Shown in pieces: positions 24,782 to 37,807 of a DNA stretch of 58,842 nt (within the stretch, counting starts at the first letter, position 1; each line of letters opens with the position of its first letter). Position numbers and translations under genes: made by a program. The DNA comes from Fonticula alba ATCC 38817 (Eukaryota; Protista; Nucleariida), in assembly GCA_000388065.2 (NCBI GenBank), contig KB932206.1. The stretch is one strand, 5' to 3'. The notes beneath the pieces are model-generated. The model was not told the DNA's origin. It ran no database searches and was given only the letters and a program-made list of their open reading frames with translations.

Positions 24782-26191
24782 TCACTTGGAGGAGGCCGGC
24801 GACTTGCGCAGGCGCTTATTGAAGAAGTCCGTGATGACCCCGGCAGCCGGGCTCGGGGCGTACCTCCGGTCGGCATGCAGGTCCGGGAAGTCGCGCTTCA
24901 TCAGCCCCGGGAAACGCTTGTTCAGCAGGACAATGGTGCTGGCTGGCATGAGGGAGTGCTCCAGGTAGCGCGACGCCCGCACCAAGGCCCACACCGCGGG
25001 CAGGGCCTCCGGCGACTCGTGCACCACCCCCTCAATCAGCCGGTGCAACATGATCGGGGTGATGTGCGTCCGGAAGGCATCCGGAACCGGGAGCTGCCGA
25101 GCTGCCTCCGGGTCCCCGGCACGAGCGGCCCGCATCAGGGCCGCCTCGGCCGACGGCGGACTAGCCAGCGCGGCATCCGGCAGGAGCAGCCGGGCAAATT
25201 CCCGCCCTGGGCCAGTCAGCCCGGCGGCCGCCAGCGGGATGTCCCCGCCAGCACCGGCGGAGGTGGCAGAATCGCCGGCTCCAGCGTGGCCGGCCGCGGC
25301 CCACCCCTGCACCAGGGCCAGGCTCACATCGAAGAGCGGGGTCTGCACCAGGCTATCGAAGAGAGCCTGCCGCGCTTGCGGCGAAGCATCCAACAGGCGA
25401 CGCATGCCCCCGGCACCGAGGCGCTCCAGCACGTGCAGCGTCTGCACCGCCAGCAGGTTTGAAGTCCGAGCCCCGGACATCTGGTACGGGTTGACGAGCA
25501 CCGGCCGGAAGAACCGCGCCAGCAGGTCATCCGGCAGCGGCAGGCGCGTGTCCAATGCCCAGCTCAGCAGATCCAGGGCCTCCTCACACCGGTGCCCATC
25601 AAGCAGGCCGTGCATCAGGTGCGTGTACAGGTCGCCCTGGGTTCCGGCTTGCGGGAGCAGCAGCTGCCCGGCCACCAGCAGCAGGTCCGTGTGCAGACGC
25701 CCGGGCAGCGGGGCCCGCCGATCCGGCAGGGAGTACACCTCGGACGTGGAAGACCCCGACGACGAGATCACCCCCCGGCGGGGAGACAGCGGTGGCCGGA
25801 AGGCGGTGGTCATTTCCCGCAGGATGACCGCCTCCGGTGGCACTGGCGAGTCGTGGCCCAGGTCGCGGAAGAGCACCGGGCGCCGAGTCGGCAAATTGGC
25901 CTCGGTCCCGGACACCAGCGCCTCGAAGGCGGGCGATTGAATCACCGCATCCAAGCTCCGGCGCGGGGCCGGCTCACTGGCACCGAGTGCCCCGTCCTCC
26001 CAGCCGAAGCTCGGAACCGGGGCAGGCTGCGCCTCTGGCAGGTCGGGCACCAGGTGGCGGAGGAAGATCGCCCGCCGGCGACCCTGGGCCGAAATCCGGG
26101 ATGGGCCGCCATCGGCGTGATTCACATCCGCCGTCCACATGGATCGATCGGCAAACGGCACCACCGATGCGTCCAACTGGTGCCGGGCACT

Positions 26192-26224
<33 letters not shown>

Positions 26225-29200
26225 GCCGCTGGACAGCAGCGAGGGAGAGCCGGCATCCTTCGGGGTGTTGGAGGCGGCGGTCAACTGGTCCGAGGACATG
26301 GCCACCAGGGACTCCAGCGCCTCGACCCCCGGCGACTCCAAGTTCCGGCTGGCGAAATTGTCCGCCTGACGGAGCTTCTCAAACAGCCGGTCACCAGCAG
26401 CCTGGTGCATGCGCTGGGAAAAGAGCAAGGCCCGCTGCTGGCGTCGAGTCATGTACAGGGGAAGGGGCACCCCCGGCAGGGAGATCCCCTGGCCGAGGCT
26501 GGTGGCCTGGGCCGCCAGCGCTCCCACCACCGGGTAGTCGTACTTGGCCAGCAGGCGAACCGCCCCGGCCAGGACCTCCGTCAGCAGAGCCCGATGATGG
26601 AGGCTACCGGCGGCGGCGGCCAACGGCCGCAGGGGCGGCGGCAGCGCCATGCCCGCGGCCATGTCCTCCGGCGACATGGGATCTGCATCATGGTGGCCGG
26701 CCGAGGCCATCTGTTGGCGCAAGCGCGCTTGATGCTCCATGATCCCGGCATACCGCCGGTCATAGCGTGCCCGAGCGACCAGGGTGTTGGTCAGCTGCCG
26801 GGCCGGGCCGGAGGCGTCCGATCCGGTGGCCGGGTCGACCATCGACCGAGCGAAGGAATGGGCCGCCAGCCGGCCCAAACCACTGGCATCCAAGTAGCCC
26901 CCGAGCAAATTGAGCGCCCGATTGGCCCCCACCGCCGACGAGTCATTGGTCCGACCATAGGCCCCGAGCAGGTCCCGGAAGGCCCCCAGCACCGGGCCCA
27001 AGGCCTCGACCGTCAGGAAGTCCGGGGTCAAGGCATGCATGCGCAGCAGGTGCATGGCACTCACCGGCGAGGCGGCCTGGCAGTAGGCACGCACGGCGGC
27101 GGCCACCACCGCCGGCGAGGGGGTCTGCCCGGCGGCCAGATGCTGCTTCATGATGCCGGCCACGGCCTGGTGCACGGCCCGACGCCCGGTGCGTGCCTCA
27201 TGCAAGGCCAGGGCCAGGGTGCGCGTCAGGGCCGGCGAATCGAAGTGCACCGGGTCCCGGGCCCCCGGCTCGAAGGGGGCCGGCGTCAGGGTGACATTCG
27301 GCACAAGGGTCGTCTGCCGCGGGGCAAAGGTCTCCAAGCAGGCCGAGGCATAGTCCACCAGCGGAGCCGGCAGGGTGGCCGACTCCAAGGCCAGGATGAC
27401 CAGCTCCTCCGAGGGAATGGCCCCGGTGGAGGCGGCCGTGCGCGTGAGCAGGTCCAGGGCGGCGGTGGCCTGGCTGGCAGCCTGCCCAGCACGCTCGGCC
27501 TGCACCTGGAGCTCATGCAGCGTCGGCCGATACCGGTCGAAGAGCTGGTCAATGCGCGCGGCCTCCAGCAAATCGCTGGCCGTCAGCGGCAGGCCACCCT
27601 GCTCCAGGGCCAGGGACTCCGGGGACTGCTGGTGCTGAGGGCCCCGATGCGCGACCGAAGCCTGCTCGGCCAGGAGATCCCGCAGATCCCCACTGGCCGG
27701 GGTGATGGTCAAGAGATCCGGCTGCATGACGTCCCCCCAATTGGGGGCAACATCTCCGGAGTGGCCATTGGCCGCGAGCGCCGCCAATGACAGCTCATAC
27801 CCACCGAAGGTGGTCACCGCGGCCGCCGGGGCCGTGTCCACCAGCAGCAACGACCGGGCCCGGGCCTCGGCCAGAACCGAGCGTGCCAGCGGCGACAGGT
27901 CGGCATTGCTGGAGGTCGAGGCCACGGCCGCCGGACGCCGGTTGTCCAGCGATTCGGCCAGCATCAGGGCGCGGACCTTGGCATCGGAATGGCCATCAGC
28001 CACCAGGGAACCGGTGGGGCCACTCGACCAGAGGGCCTCCAGGGAAATGGCCGCCAGGTCCTCGGTCGGCGAGGTGCCATCCAACAAAGCCAGGAAGGGA
28101 TCCACACTCTGGCCAGTGAGGGCCGCATGCGAGAAGGTCAGCAGGTCCTGCAGGAAACCGCGAGCCTGCTGTGCATGGGCCAATGTCCCGTGCAGGGAGC
28201 CGGAAAAGTTCCCCTCCACCAGCTGACCGCGGCTCTCCAGCGTCAAGGCCGGATCGGTCTCCGCACGGAGGCGATTCATGGACAGGGTGTACACCTGGCG
28301 CCAAAAGTGGGCCAGCTCACGGCCCAGCTCCGAGCGCTGGGGAATGTCCGTCAGGGCGGCCCGTAGCCAGGGCAAGTCCCGGCCACCGGCCGCCGGCCAA
28401 GGGGCCAGGCTCAGCGATCGGAGCTGGCCGTCGGCCCTCCGGCCGAAAGTCACCCCGGAACGCCGGCCCTCGGCCAGGAAGGCCTGTGTCAAGTTGACCA
28501 TCAGCTGGTACGTTGTCCCGGACATCAACTGATGGAGATCCGTCTCCGGGGTCTGTTCCGACGTGGCGGCCACCATTTGGGCCATATGGCCAAGGTCATG
28601 CCGGCAAATGCGCACCAGGCCCGGCAGGCAGTCGGCCGGCAGGGCCCGGAAAGTCTCGGCCAGGGCGTCCATGGTGCTGAACAGACGGTCGTGGACCTTC
28701 TGCAGGACGGCCGGCCGGGCACCGACAGACCGATCCATCGGCAGATTGGCCCCAATTTCCAGGGTATTCCGCACAATGTCCCCGAGGATGTCCATCATTT
28801 CCAAGCCGGTCAGACTGCTGGTGGCCTGCTTGCGAAGGTGGCCGCTGGAGCTGTGCTCGGCAAGTGGCTGGGCCAGGACCTCCTGCAGCACGGTGGACGC
28901 CGATCGGCGCTGGTGCTTGGGCTGGTCCGGGGCCAGGCCGCGGTCCAGCGGCCCGGCCAGCGACGAACGCAGGATCCCCGGCGCGCGCAACAAAAAGCGC
29001 GCACTGGCACTGGCATCGCCGGAGGCCATGGCCGCCTGGCCAAGAAGGGCCAACATCACCGGGTCGGACTTGAGCCAGGGCTCCCCCTCGCACTGGCGGC
29101 GGACCTGCTGCTGCAGGGACCGCTGTTGCGGCTCCACCACCAGCGACAGAACCAGGGCCGCCAGGGCCGGCTGCCCGGTCAGGGGAGCCACCGACAAGTC

Positions 29201-30244
29201 CAAATCCCCCAGCAGCCCGGCCACCAGGCTGCGCCGGAGCAGCGGATCACGGACCGCCATCAAGCTGGACGTGACGCCCGGCAGCAGACCAGCCAAGTCG
29301 GCCGGCAGCTGGCCCGGCGGCGCGGCCGCCGCCAGCTCCGACACCCGCCGAAGGAGTCGGCGCATATGGTCCAGCGCCGCCAGCCGGAGCTGCATGTGCG
29401 GCGAGGTGGCCAACCCCGCGTCAACATGCGCCTCCAGATAGGCGTCCATGGCCTGGCGCGAGGCGTCCGCCAGATGGCCATTCACAGGGTCGGCCTGGGC
29501 CGCCCGCATGGCCGACGAGGCGGCCGACCGCAGGGCTTGCAGGCCGGCCAGTCGGTCGGTCATCTCCGACTGGTGAGCCCGGTCATAGTGCCGGGCCGAG
29601 GTGCTGTCCCAAGCAAAGGACCAGGCCTGCTCCGGGTGGATGGTTGCCCGGTGCTGGCGAGACCCCAGCAGCTCGGTCACCTGGTCAAAGTGCGGCAGGC
29701 CGCCGGCAAGGGCCTCAAGCGCCGGGCGCATCATCGCCACCGGCACCTCCTCGTGGTACAGGTGAAAGTGCTCCAGCACGGAACAGGCCAAACTCGGGTC
29801 ATGCGCAGCCGCTGCATGCTGCAGCAGGCTCTCATAGGTGGCGCTCGGAGCCGGTCCATGCTGCAGCTCGGCCAGCATCTGGGCAAGCTCGCTGCCGGAA
29901 ATGTAGCCCCCCTGCGGGGTGGCCGGGGCCGGGGAGGCGGCCGCCAGTGCGCCGCCATCGGCATCGGGCGCGGGCGCGGGCGCGGGCGAGTCCTCCACCG
30001 AGAAGAGGGGATCAATGTTGGCCAGAGTGCGCAGGGCCAGCGACAGGGGGTCTGTCGGGGGAGGCGACGAGGAGGCGGTCTTGCGTCGGGAGGCCCGAGG
30101 CGCGGCCGAGACCGAGTCGGCGGTGTCGGCATGGCGCCCGGTGGCCGTGGCGAACGGTCGGCTCAGGCGGGCGACCACCGGGGCCGAGGGCAAACGCCCG
30201 TGGCGCACGAGCGTCCGACTCGACCGAGCGAGGTGGGCCAACAT
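24782..30244 (-). CDS. Large intronless Ala/Leu-rich protein with a mitochondrial presequence and degenerate PPR-like motifs
   Basis: Single 1820-aa ORF with consistent GC3-rich codon usage. The N-terminus MLAHLARSSRTLVRHGRLPSAPVVARLSRPFAT is Arg/Ser/Ala-rich and acid-free. The 35-aa segment DLYTHLMHGLLDGHRCEEALDLLSWALDTRLPLPD resembles a PPR motif. The family call is an inference. Confidence 0.7.
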
Positions 30245-31462
30245 GCCGAGGTCTGTGCGGTGGAGCTAGCGACGGAGACGTCCCAGCCCTGCTTCAACTG
30301 GGACGGGTGACGTGAGTGAGGAGGGAGGGGGGGGGGGGGCCGGAACAAAAGGAAGGGAAAGGATGCCTGTCGCTGGCTCGATGGCAAGACGCCAGGGGGG
30401 GGGGGGGGGGGACAAAAGAACGAACCGGGCGCTGTCAGCTGGTAGGAGGGGATCCAGTCGCCTCGGGAACGCAGCGGCGATGCACAACACCGGCCGGCGG
30501 GCGTGCTGAGCGAGAGGGAGGGAAGAGGGGAGAGGGAGGCGCCAGCGGGCCCGGCTTGTGGAAGGAGAAAGGAGAAAGGGCAAGGGAAGGCGAGGGGACA
30601 GGGAGAGGAAGGGGGAAGGCGAAGAGGGGAGCGCGGTGTGTCTGGCGGGGGAGGGCCTTCGTGGTTGGGCCGAGGCGAGCTGCCCTTCGTGGGCACTGAT
30701 CTCGGTCGGCGTCCTCTGCCAAAAGTCTCCCGCTCACCGCCCAGCGCCGGGCCCGCTCTCGGCAGCACACGCGACAGAGGCCCAGGGCAGATGGGTCTGG
30801 CTGTGTCGGAGAGTCTTCACACCGTGCGAGGGGCTTGGGCACCCAGCCAGAGACAAAGCACACTCCGTTGTCCCCCCGCCCCCCCCTGCCAAGCCCCCCT
30901 CCGCGACCTCCTCCTGCCACACACCCCTCAGACAGAGGTGGCCACGACTCGACTCGCACTCGCCGCGGGTGGGCAGAGGTCTCTAGGAGACACGCAAAGA
31001 GCCAGGCGGTGGCAGCAGACAGAGCCGCCCTGGCACATTCACGGCCGCGAGAGCACCACGCACACGGCCGTGTGCGTGCGTATGTGCGCGTGCACGACCA
31101 GACCAGCCCTCCGTAGAGAAAACCACCAGCACGCCTGGCGTGCTGACTGATCTGAAGTGCTCGCACCGGGCGCGGGTTGATGGCACACCTGGCTGCCGGT
31201 GTAGGGTCGGCCAGCCCCCCACTCTGGACGCCCTCCCGCCCCCCCCCGGCCCCGGCTGGGGGACCTGGGGGGGGGACGTCGAGGTGCCGACGCTTGGGAG
31301 TACAGACCCTGTGCTGGTCGGGCCCGCGCGCGAGGCGCTCAGAAAGGTGAAAGTTGGTATGTGGTGTATTCGTGGGCATCTGCCGCCTTTGGAGCGGCAA
31401 CAAGGAGGGCGGGGGGGGGGGAACATTTTCCGTGCGCGGATTCACCTCCCACACATTGTCCA

Positions 31463-33668
31463 TCAGCGCCGCTGGGTGACCGGCACCGCCTGAGGATTGT
31501 CGACGATGGTCGGGGTGGACAGGGTGGTGGCCTGGGCGGCGGTAGGGGCGGAGGTACGCTTGAAGCTGGCGGATCCGGGGAGACCGGCCGCCGGGAACAG
31601 GGCAGCGGGGGCGGGTGTCAGAGCGGCAGAGGCAGGAGCAAAGGGAAGAACGGGCAGGAGGCGTGTCGGGACGCACGCGTCGAGGTTCAGGAGAGTCGGC
31701 GGAAGGCGCGAGGTGAGGTACACGTCGCCCGGGCCGCGGATGGAATAGAAGTCCTGCCGACGCGGGGTCAAGGCCGGGGGCGGCGGGGGGGGGGGCGACA
31801 AAGGGTCAGGGAAGGCTGGAAAAATTAGCCCAACAAAGGAATGGGGCGCGGCCCGGCGGACAGAAGCACGGCAGCCGGGACAGACGCGCACCTTTTCGCC
31901 GAGAATGCGCTTGCGAATGTTCCGACGAACACGGTCGAAGTACTTGCCGCGGCCAATGCCCTTCTCCTTGAGAGCAGGGGCCGAGCGAATTGGCCCGGAA
32001 CCGGCGCCGATGGCCTCCTCCTCGGTGCCATCCTCCATGAGGTCGGCCAACACCGGCGTCAGGGTGAGGCTGGTGCTCCAGGCGACGACGTGCCTTTGCA
32101 GGAGCGGGAGGGCACAAAGGTGGTGCGTGGGGCAGTCCGTGAGGCACCATGTGGCGACACATCATCAGTAAGTCATATGTGACCCGCCGACGGGCACCGG
32201 GGAAAGGGCGGCACAAGGTCGTCCCATGCGTACTTGATGTTGGCATTGTACACCTCATCAGGGCCGAGCTGCACGCGGAAGATGCGCCCATGGCTGGCGA
32301 GTGCAAGGCTGCCATCTCCGGTGGACTTGAGACGGAAGTGGCCATTCTCGAAGCGCTAGAGCAGGAAGCANNNNNNNNNNGGGGGGGGGGGAAGCAGACA
32401 CATGCGTGTGCAGTTGTTAGAGGAAGCACACAGGCAAAGGCAAGGGGAAGAGCATGGCAGGGGTCGGGGGTGGCATCGGAGGAGGAGGAGGAGGAGGAGG
32501 AGGAGGAAGCCCCCTGGGGCATGCACGCACCCGCATGGTCATGCTGGCTGACAGATTGACCCCCGGGGTGGAGGCCACAAAGGAGTCGCGAGCGATGTAG
32601 TACTCATTGTGAGCACCATTGCTGGCCGGCTCGGTAGAAAGCTTCAGGATGGCCAGATCACCGGCGAACTTCGGCGCCAGGACCACATCACCACTCTCGG
32701 TGGCATCGGAAACCTCAATGTCATCGTCATCATCGGCAATGAGGGATCCGCGCTCCACCGGCGAGGCGGACTTGCCCACGGAGTAGTGCTGCATCAGGAA
32801 GTCGCCGCCACTGAGGGCGCGCACGCTGGCTGCCACGGGCGAGCCCTGGAAGGTGATGCGGGTGTGGACCTACGTGCAGAACAAGCCCCGTGGGAGGGGG
32901 GAACAAGGGGGAGGGGGATTGGGAGCAAAGTAACAGTGAGTGAGTGTCCATCGGCCGGGAAGGGGAGGGAGACACGGACGGGGGAGCAGAAGAAGGCAAG
33001 CAGGCGACGGGAGGGGGGAAGAGTGTGCGTGGCAATGGCAGGGGAGGGAAGCGCGAGCGGCAAAGAAGGAGATCGGGGGATGGGGATGGGGGGGGGGGAG
33101 GCGAATGCCCAAATACATGCACGCACATTTGGCGAGAAGCAGATGGCGCAGTTCGTCAGCGAAACGATATGCGACCCACGGGGGATGTGCGCATGCAGCA
33201 CGGCGCCTGAAGGGCGATCGAGGACCGGGGGAAGACGACAGGCGGGTGAGCCAAGGCAGCAAAGGACAGCAGGCAGACACAGTGGAGGGGTTGGCGCACC
33301 GGAACCCGGGTTGACAATCTGGAATTGGGGCTCAGGCACGGTGGCACGCTTCATCCAGCCGGACGTGCGAGACATGCCTAACAGGGCGGGAGGGTCAGCG
33401 GGCAATCGAACGCCAACGGCCAGGCGCAAAGAAGCCGGACAGCCGGCAACGCACCAGCCGACACGATTTCACTGGCCTTGGCCGTGGCCGAGGAGGCAAG
33501 AGACTGGCGCCCGGCGCCGGCGGCCGCGACCGGCGGCGGGCTGCCGGAGGTCGGGGGGGAAGACATGCAACGCAGGGCCACCTGCGCGCCGGCACTCGGG
33601 CGAAGGGATCCGAGCAGAGCCGAGTTGCGTAGGCCGAGGCCGACAGAACGAGTGCCAAGGAGCGACAT
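31463..33668 (-). CDS. AIM24: AIM24-family mitochondrial protein, multi-exon
   Basis: Presequence MSLLGTRSVGLGLRNSALLGSLRP...LRCMSS. Spliced exons give YYIARDSFVASTPGV, STGDGSLALASHGRIFRVQLGPDEVY, HVVAWS and FYSIRGPGDVYLTSR, which is the AIM24 motif series. Confidence 0.8.
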
Positions 33669-33740
33669 AGCAGCAGGGGAGATGGGGCGGGGGGATATCT
33701 GGAAGGTGGGCTGCAAAAGGGGCGGGGGAGGGGGGGAGAC

Positions 33741-33777
<37 letters not shown>

Positions 33778-34380
33778 GGCGAACAGGAAGGCGATGCGAG
33801 GGGGAAGGGGGAAGGAGTCTGCCCCGGAACTCGGCGGTGGGGCCGGTGATCGGCCCCAAATGTACCCCCCCCCCACCCCTGGGCTCCGGGAGGAGCGACA
33901 GACCCGGACAGGCGTGTGAAAAGGACACACAAAACTAGGCCCACGCACCCTGGCCACCGCAGGGCATACCACACATCGGCGAAGGATGGTGTCGATCAAC
34001 CACATGGGGGCAGGGGGGGGGGGGGGCGGGCGGCCCGGGAAAGCGGGGCAAGAAGATTCCATCCCTCCTCCACTCTCCCCGGCCCCCCTTTGGGGGACAA
34101 GTGCCCGAGGGCAGTGACAATGCACGGGTATGTGGGCACCCCCCAAAAGGAGGGCTGCGGAAGCAACGTGCCCCGGGGAAGGGAGGCCGCACAATCACCC
34201 GGCCATCAGAAGGGGGGCTCTTTTGCGGTCTGGGCAGCGCATCTGTTTTTTCGCCCCTCCTTCTTCGCCCCCCGGCCCCGGCCCCGCCCGCACCCCGGCG
34301 CCCCGAGCCCACCACTCCTGCCTAGACCCCAACTAGGGCATCATCATGTGGCTTGTTTATATTAATCGACGTGTGCGCTC

Positions 34381-35110
34381 TTAATTGGCTCCGGCGACCG
34401 CGCCTGCCCCGGCCGGGACCAACCCCCGGAGTAGGCGGACCAACTGGGCCACGAAGGTACGGTGGCCGAAGGCAGCCGCAACATGCTCGGCCCCGGCACA
34501 CCCGAGCATCAAACGCAACCCGAGCCCGACTTGGTGGAAGTCCCCCTTTCCAAGGGCATCGACCAGGTCCCGAGAAAGAGTCGCCTCGGTGCCAGGATCG
34601 ACAAGGTACACGAGCCCCAATTCGGGGACCTCGGTCGCCCAGAGGATCGAGTAGATGGCCAGTCCGAAGGCCAGTGTGTCAAAGGCTGCCGCCTCCCAGT
34701 CCAAGGCCGGGTGTAGGAGGTCTCGGGCCGGCGACTGGTGGCTGTCATCGACCAGCAGCTCGGCCGCACGCCGGAGGGCCATGTCCAGGGTGGCTGGCAG
34801 CCGGTGAGCAAGCTCCACCTCGTCGGTGAGGGCCCGGGGGAGGGGTCGCATCGCCTCCGGCGCAAGGTGGCTCTGGCACCAGGCGGCGGGCAGGGATTCC
34901 GCCTTGGGAGGGGCCCATTCGCCGGCGGCGCTTGTGCCACGGTGCATGAGGCGTCGGAGGATACTCTGTGTTGGAACCAGAAGTCCAGCCGAACCATGGG
35001 GCACCGACTCCAGTGGGCCGCCATTGGCACGTGCCAGCACGGGCAGCCCGCGCGCCATGGCCTCCAGGGGAACAATACCGAAGTGCTACCCGAGCAGGGG
35101 GGGTGGGGAG

Positions 35111-35150
<40 letters not shown>

Positions 35151-35207
35151 GGAGCGAGGAGGAAGTGGGACTGCGTGTGAGCGCGAGACGAAGAGAAAGG
35201 GAGAGAT

Positions 35208-35245
<38 letters not shown>

Positions 35246-36739
35246 TCAAGCTGAAAGGGGGCCGCCAGCGACGCACTTCGAACGCAGGGGTGTAGATGAG
35301 GGCCGAGGCCCGAGCCATCAAGTCCTCGCGGAGAGACTGATCGAAGTTGGTGACGAAGAGGACATCCACGCGGGCCAAATGCGGCCCGAGAGCCAGCGCT
35401 CGAGGCGAGCCGTGAACACAGTATGCCTCCACCGCCGCGTCGGTCGACCCAGCTGCCAAGAGGTCCTCGTGTTGCTGCTCCTGCTGCTGCTCCTGCTCCT
35501 GCTCCTGCTCCTGCTGTTGGCGATGGTGGCGGTGATGGTGATAGACAGACACGCGGAAGCCCAGGGGCCCGGTGGCGAAGGCAGCCAGCTCGCGCAAGTG
35601 CTGCACATTCTCACTGACCCGGGAGTCGTAACCCCCAGCCAGGATGAGGACCGGGCGTCGAGGATCGGCGCCGGCCCGATCGGCGTCCAGCCGGCCGGCC
35701 ACCTTGTGATAGCCGGCCAATGCCCGCAGAGCCAGGGCCAGGTCCTTCTTGCGTTCGAAGCGATTGATCGACAGGATGATGGGTCGTGATTGGCTGGCTT
35801 TGACTGATAGGTCGGCCGCCGCCCTGGGCGGGAGGATGGTCTCCGGCGGCAGCAGGGCGGCCAGCTGCCGCGATAATGGGCTGCCGGTGGCCGAACCGCA
35901 ATCCGACGCGCCAACCAGATCCCGAGTCGGGGGGTACAGTACATGCGGCCAGTCGGTGTCCCCGGGAGTCGCCGCCGACGACCGGGGGAAGCTCAGCCTG
36001 AAGACCGTTTGTGTGAAGCGGCTGTTGACTGCCACATCCGAGCAGAGCCCCGTGGCCAGGGTCTCCCATGCATCGAAGAAGCCGCGGTATGCGCCCTTGG
36101 CGGCGGCCAGCAGCGCCCGCCGGGGCGATGGCCCAGTGCCCGTTGCCTCGTCAGCCGGACGCGCCAGCCAGAAGTCCGGGAAGTGGCAGTAATAGAAGAC
36201 CGGCACTCGACCGAGGAAGCGAATGACCGGTGCCCAGGCGACCAACTGGTCAATCACCACAACATCGAAGGGCGTGTCGTTGCCCAGCCGGGCGGCCCAA
36301 ATGTCCCGCAATAGCGCCAAGGCCAGGATCAACCCGCGCACGATGGCGCACAGAAGGTGCCCAGCCCCGGGGCCGGCGCGCGGGCCCCGAGATCCCGGCA
36401 GCCGGAAGGACCGCGGGAAGGCGGATCCGTGGGTCCGGACATCGAAGGACCCGTCGAGGGTTTCCTCAAAGCACCGTTGCCGATCGTAGTGGCTGGTGTA
36501 GATGGTCACCCGGTGCCGGGCGCCGGTCGCGTCGTGTCCATTGGCCAGGCCGTGGGCCGCGTCGACAATGAGGCGCTCCGCACCGCCTGGCGGGGGTCAG
36601 TGATTATACGGTCTCGGGGCGGGCAAGTGAAAATGTATCCAGGAACAAGCCGGGCAAGTGGATGGGGGGGAGGCCTACCAAGACCGAGGTCCGGATGGAC
36701 GAAGGCCACACGCAGCGGCCGCTCGCCAGGAGGCGCCAT
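34381..36739 (-). CDS. ALG2: Alpha-1,3/1,6-mannosyltransferase ALG2 (GT4), multi-exon
   Basis: [29 protein letters not shown]...CFEET, FYYCHFPD, VNSRFT, SINRFERKKDL, AGGYDSRVSENV and YTPAFE-HFGIAPLEAM. Confidence 0.95.
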
Positions 36740-37040
36740 CGTGTGCTACAGGGCCGATGAGGAATCGGCCAGGACAGGGAGGGGTGGAGCAGAAGAGAGG
36801 GCGGAGAGCAGTAGAGAGGGGGGAAGAGAGAGAGAGAAAGAGAAAGAGGGAAAGACAGGCGAGGTGCGCAGCATGTCCTGGTGGGCGCATCATCCCAGTG
36901 CCTGCATGTTACAGCTCCTCGTCAACCATATAGGGCGATGCAAGACAGCCAGACATCCTCTTCAGAAAATCAGACACAGAACCCGATCATGATCGAGGGT
37001 TGGCCCATGTCTCCCAGACCAAGAAGTAGCTTGGGGAGGG

Positions 37041-37076
<36 letters not shown>

Positions 37077-37480
37077 ACAGGGGAAGGAAAAGGCCAGGAG
37101 ACAGGACGGCCTCCGCCTGGAGAAGATGTCCTAAGGAGGTGCCAACGAAGATTGTCGCGTGACCAGACCATGAGGATGACCCCCCGCGCTTGCTCGCTGG
37201 CCGCGCTGCCGCGTTTCCCTGCCCCGTCGCCCGTGGGCCAGATCTGCGCCCATCAGACATTGGAACGGATCTCCGGGGGGGGGGGGGAGGGGGGGACACA
37301 GGGGAAATGCTCTTGGGCCTGTGCCCCGCCGGCCCCAGTCGGGCAACGGCGCAAGCCTCATCCAGCCTCCACATCAGCCTCCCCCATCCTACCTTGCTTG
37401 GCTTCCTCCCCCCCCCCCCTCCTCCTCCCTTCCCCTACCCGCTCCTTCTCCTCCCTCTCCTCCTCTCCCCATCAATTGCC
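36740..37480. promoter_or_regulatory. Putative bidirectional promoter ALG2 / UTP11
   Basis: Head-to-head start codons ~740 bp apart, with a purine-rich to pyrimidine-rich switch in between. Confidence 0.55.
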
Positions 37481-37774
37481 ATGACGACCAACTCCGGTCG
37501 GAAGGTCATGAAGACCATCCGCCGCCCCTACCGGGAGCGGCCTCAGCTGCCGGGCCGTCGGAAGCTCGGTATGCTGGAGAAGAAGCGTGATTACACGGTC
37601 CGCGCTCGGGACCACCAGCAAAAGCGCGACCGCCTGAAGAAGCTGGAGCAGGCGGCCCGACTGAAGAATGTCGACGAGTTCACCTACGGCATGATCAATG
37701 CCCAGATGAAGGTGCGCGTCTGGCCGGCGACAAAGCCCATCCATGGGGCGCAACATTGCTGGAGCTGTTCAGCT

Positions 37775-37807
<33 letters not shown>

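Noticed and set aside
25592-30310. Long + strand ORFs (732 aa at 25592-27790, 592 aa at 28532-30310)
   Set aside because: Antisense shadows of the GC3-biased 1820-aa gene. They have no motifs, and high GC content suppresses stop codons.
30435-31460. Possible extra gene between the PPR-like gene and AIM24 (413-aa minus-strand ORF)
   Set aside because: No recognisable motifs or coding-like composition. It is better explained as the AIM24 3' UTR plus the promoter of the next gene.
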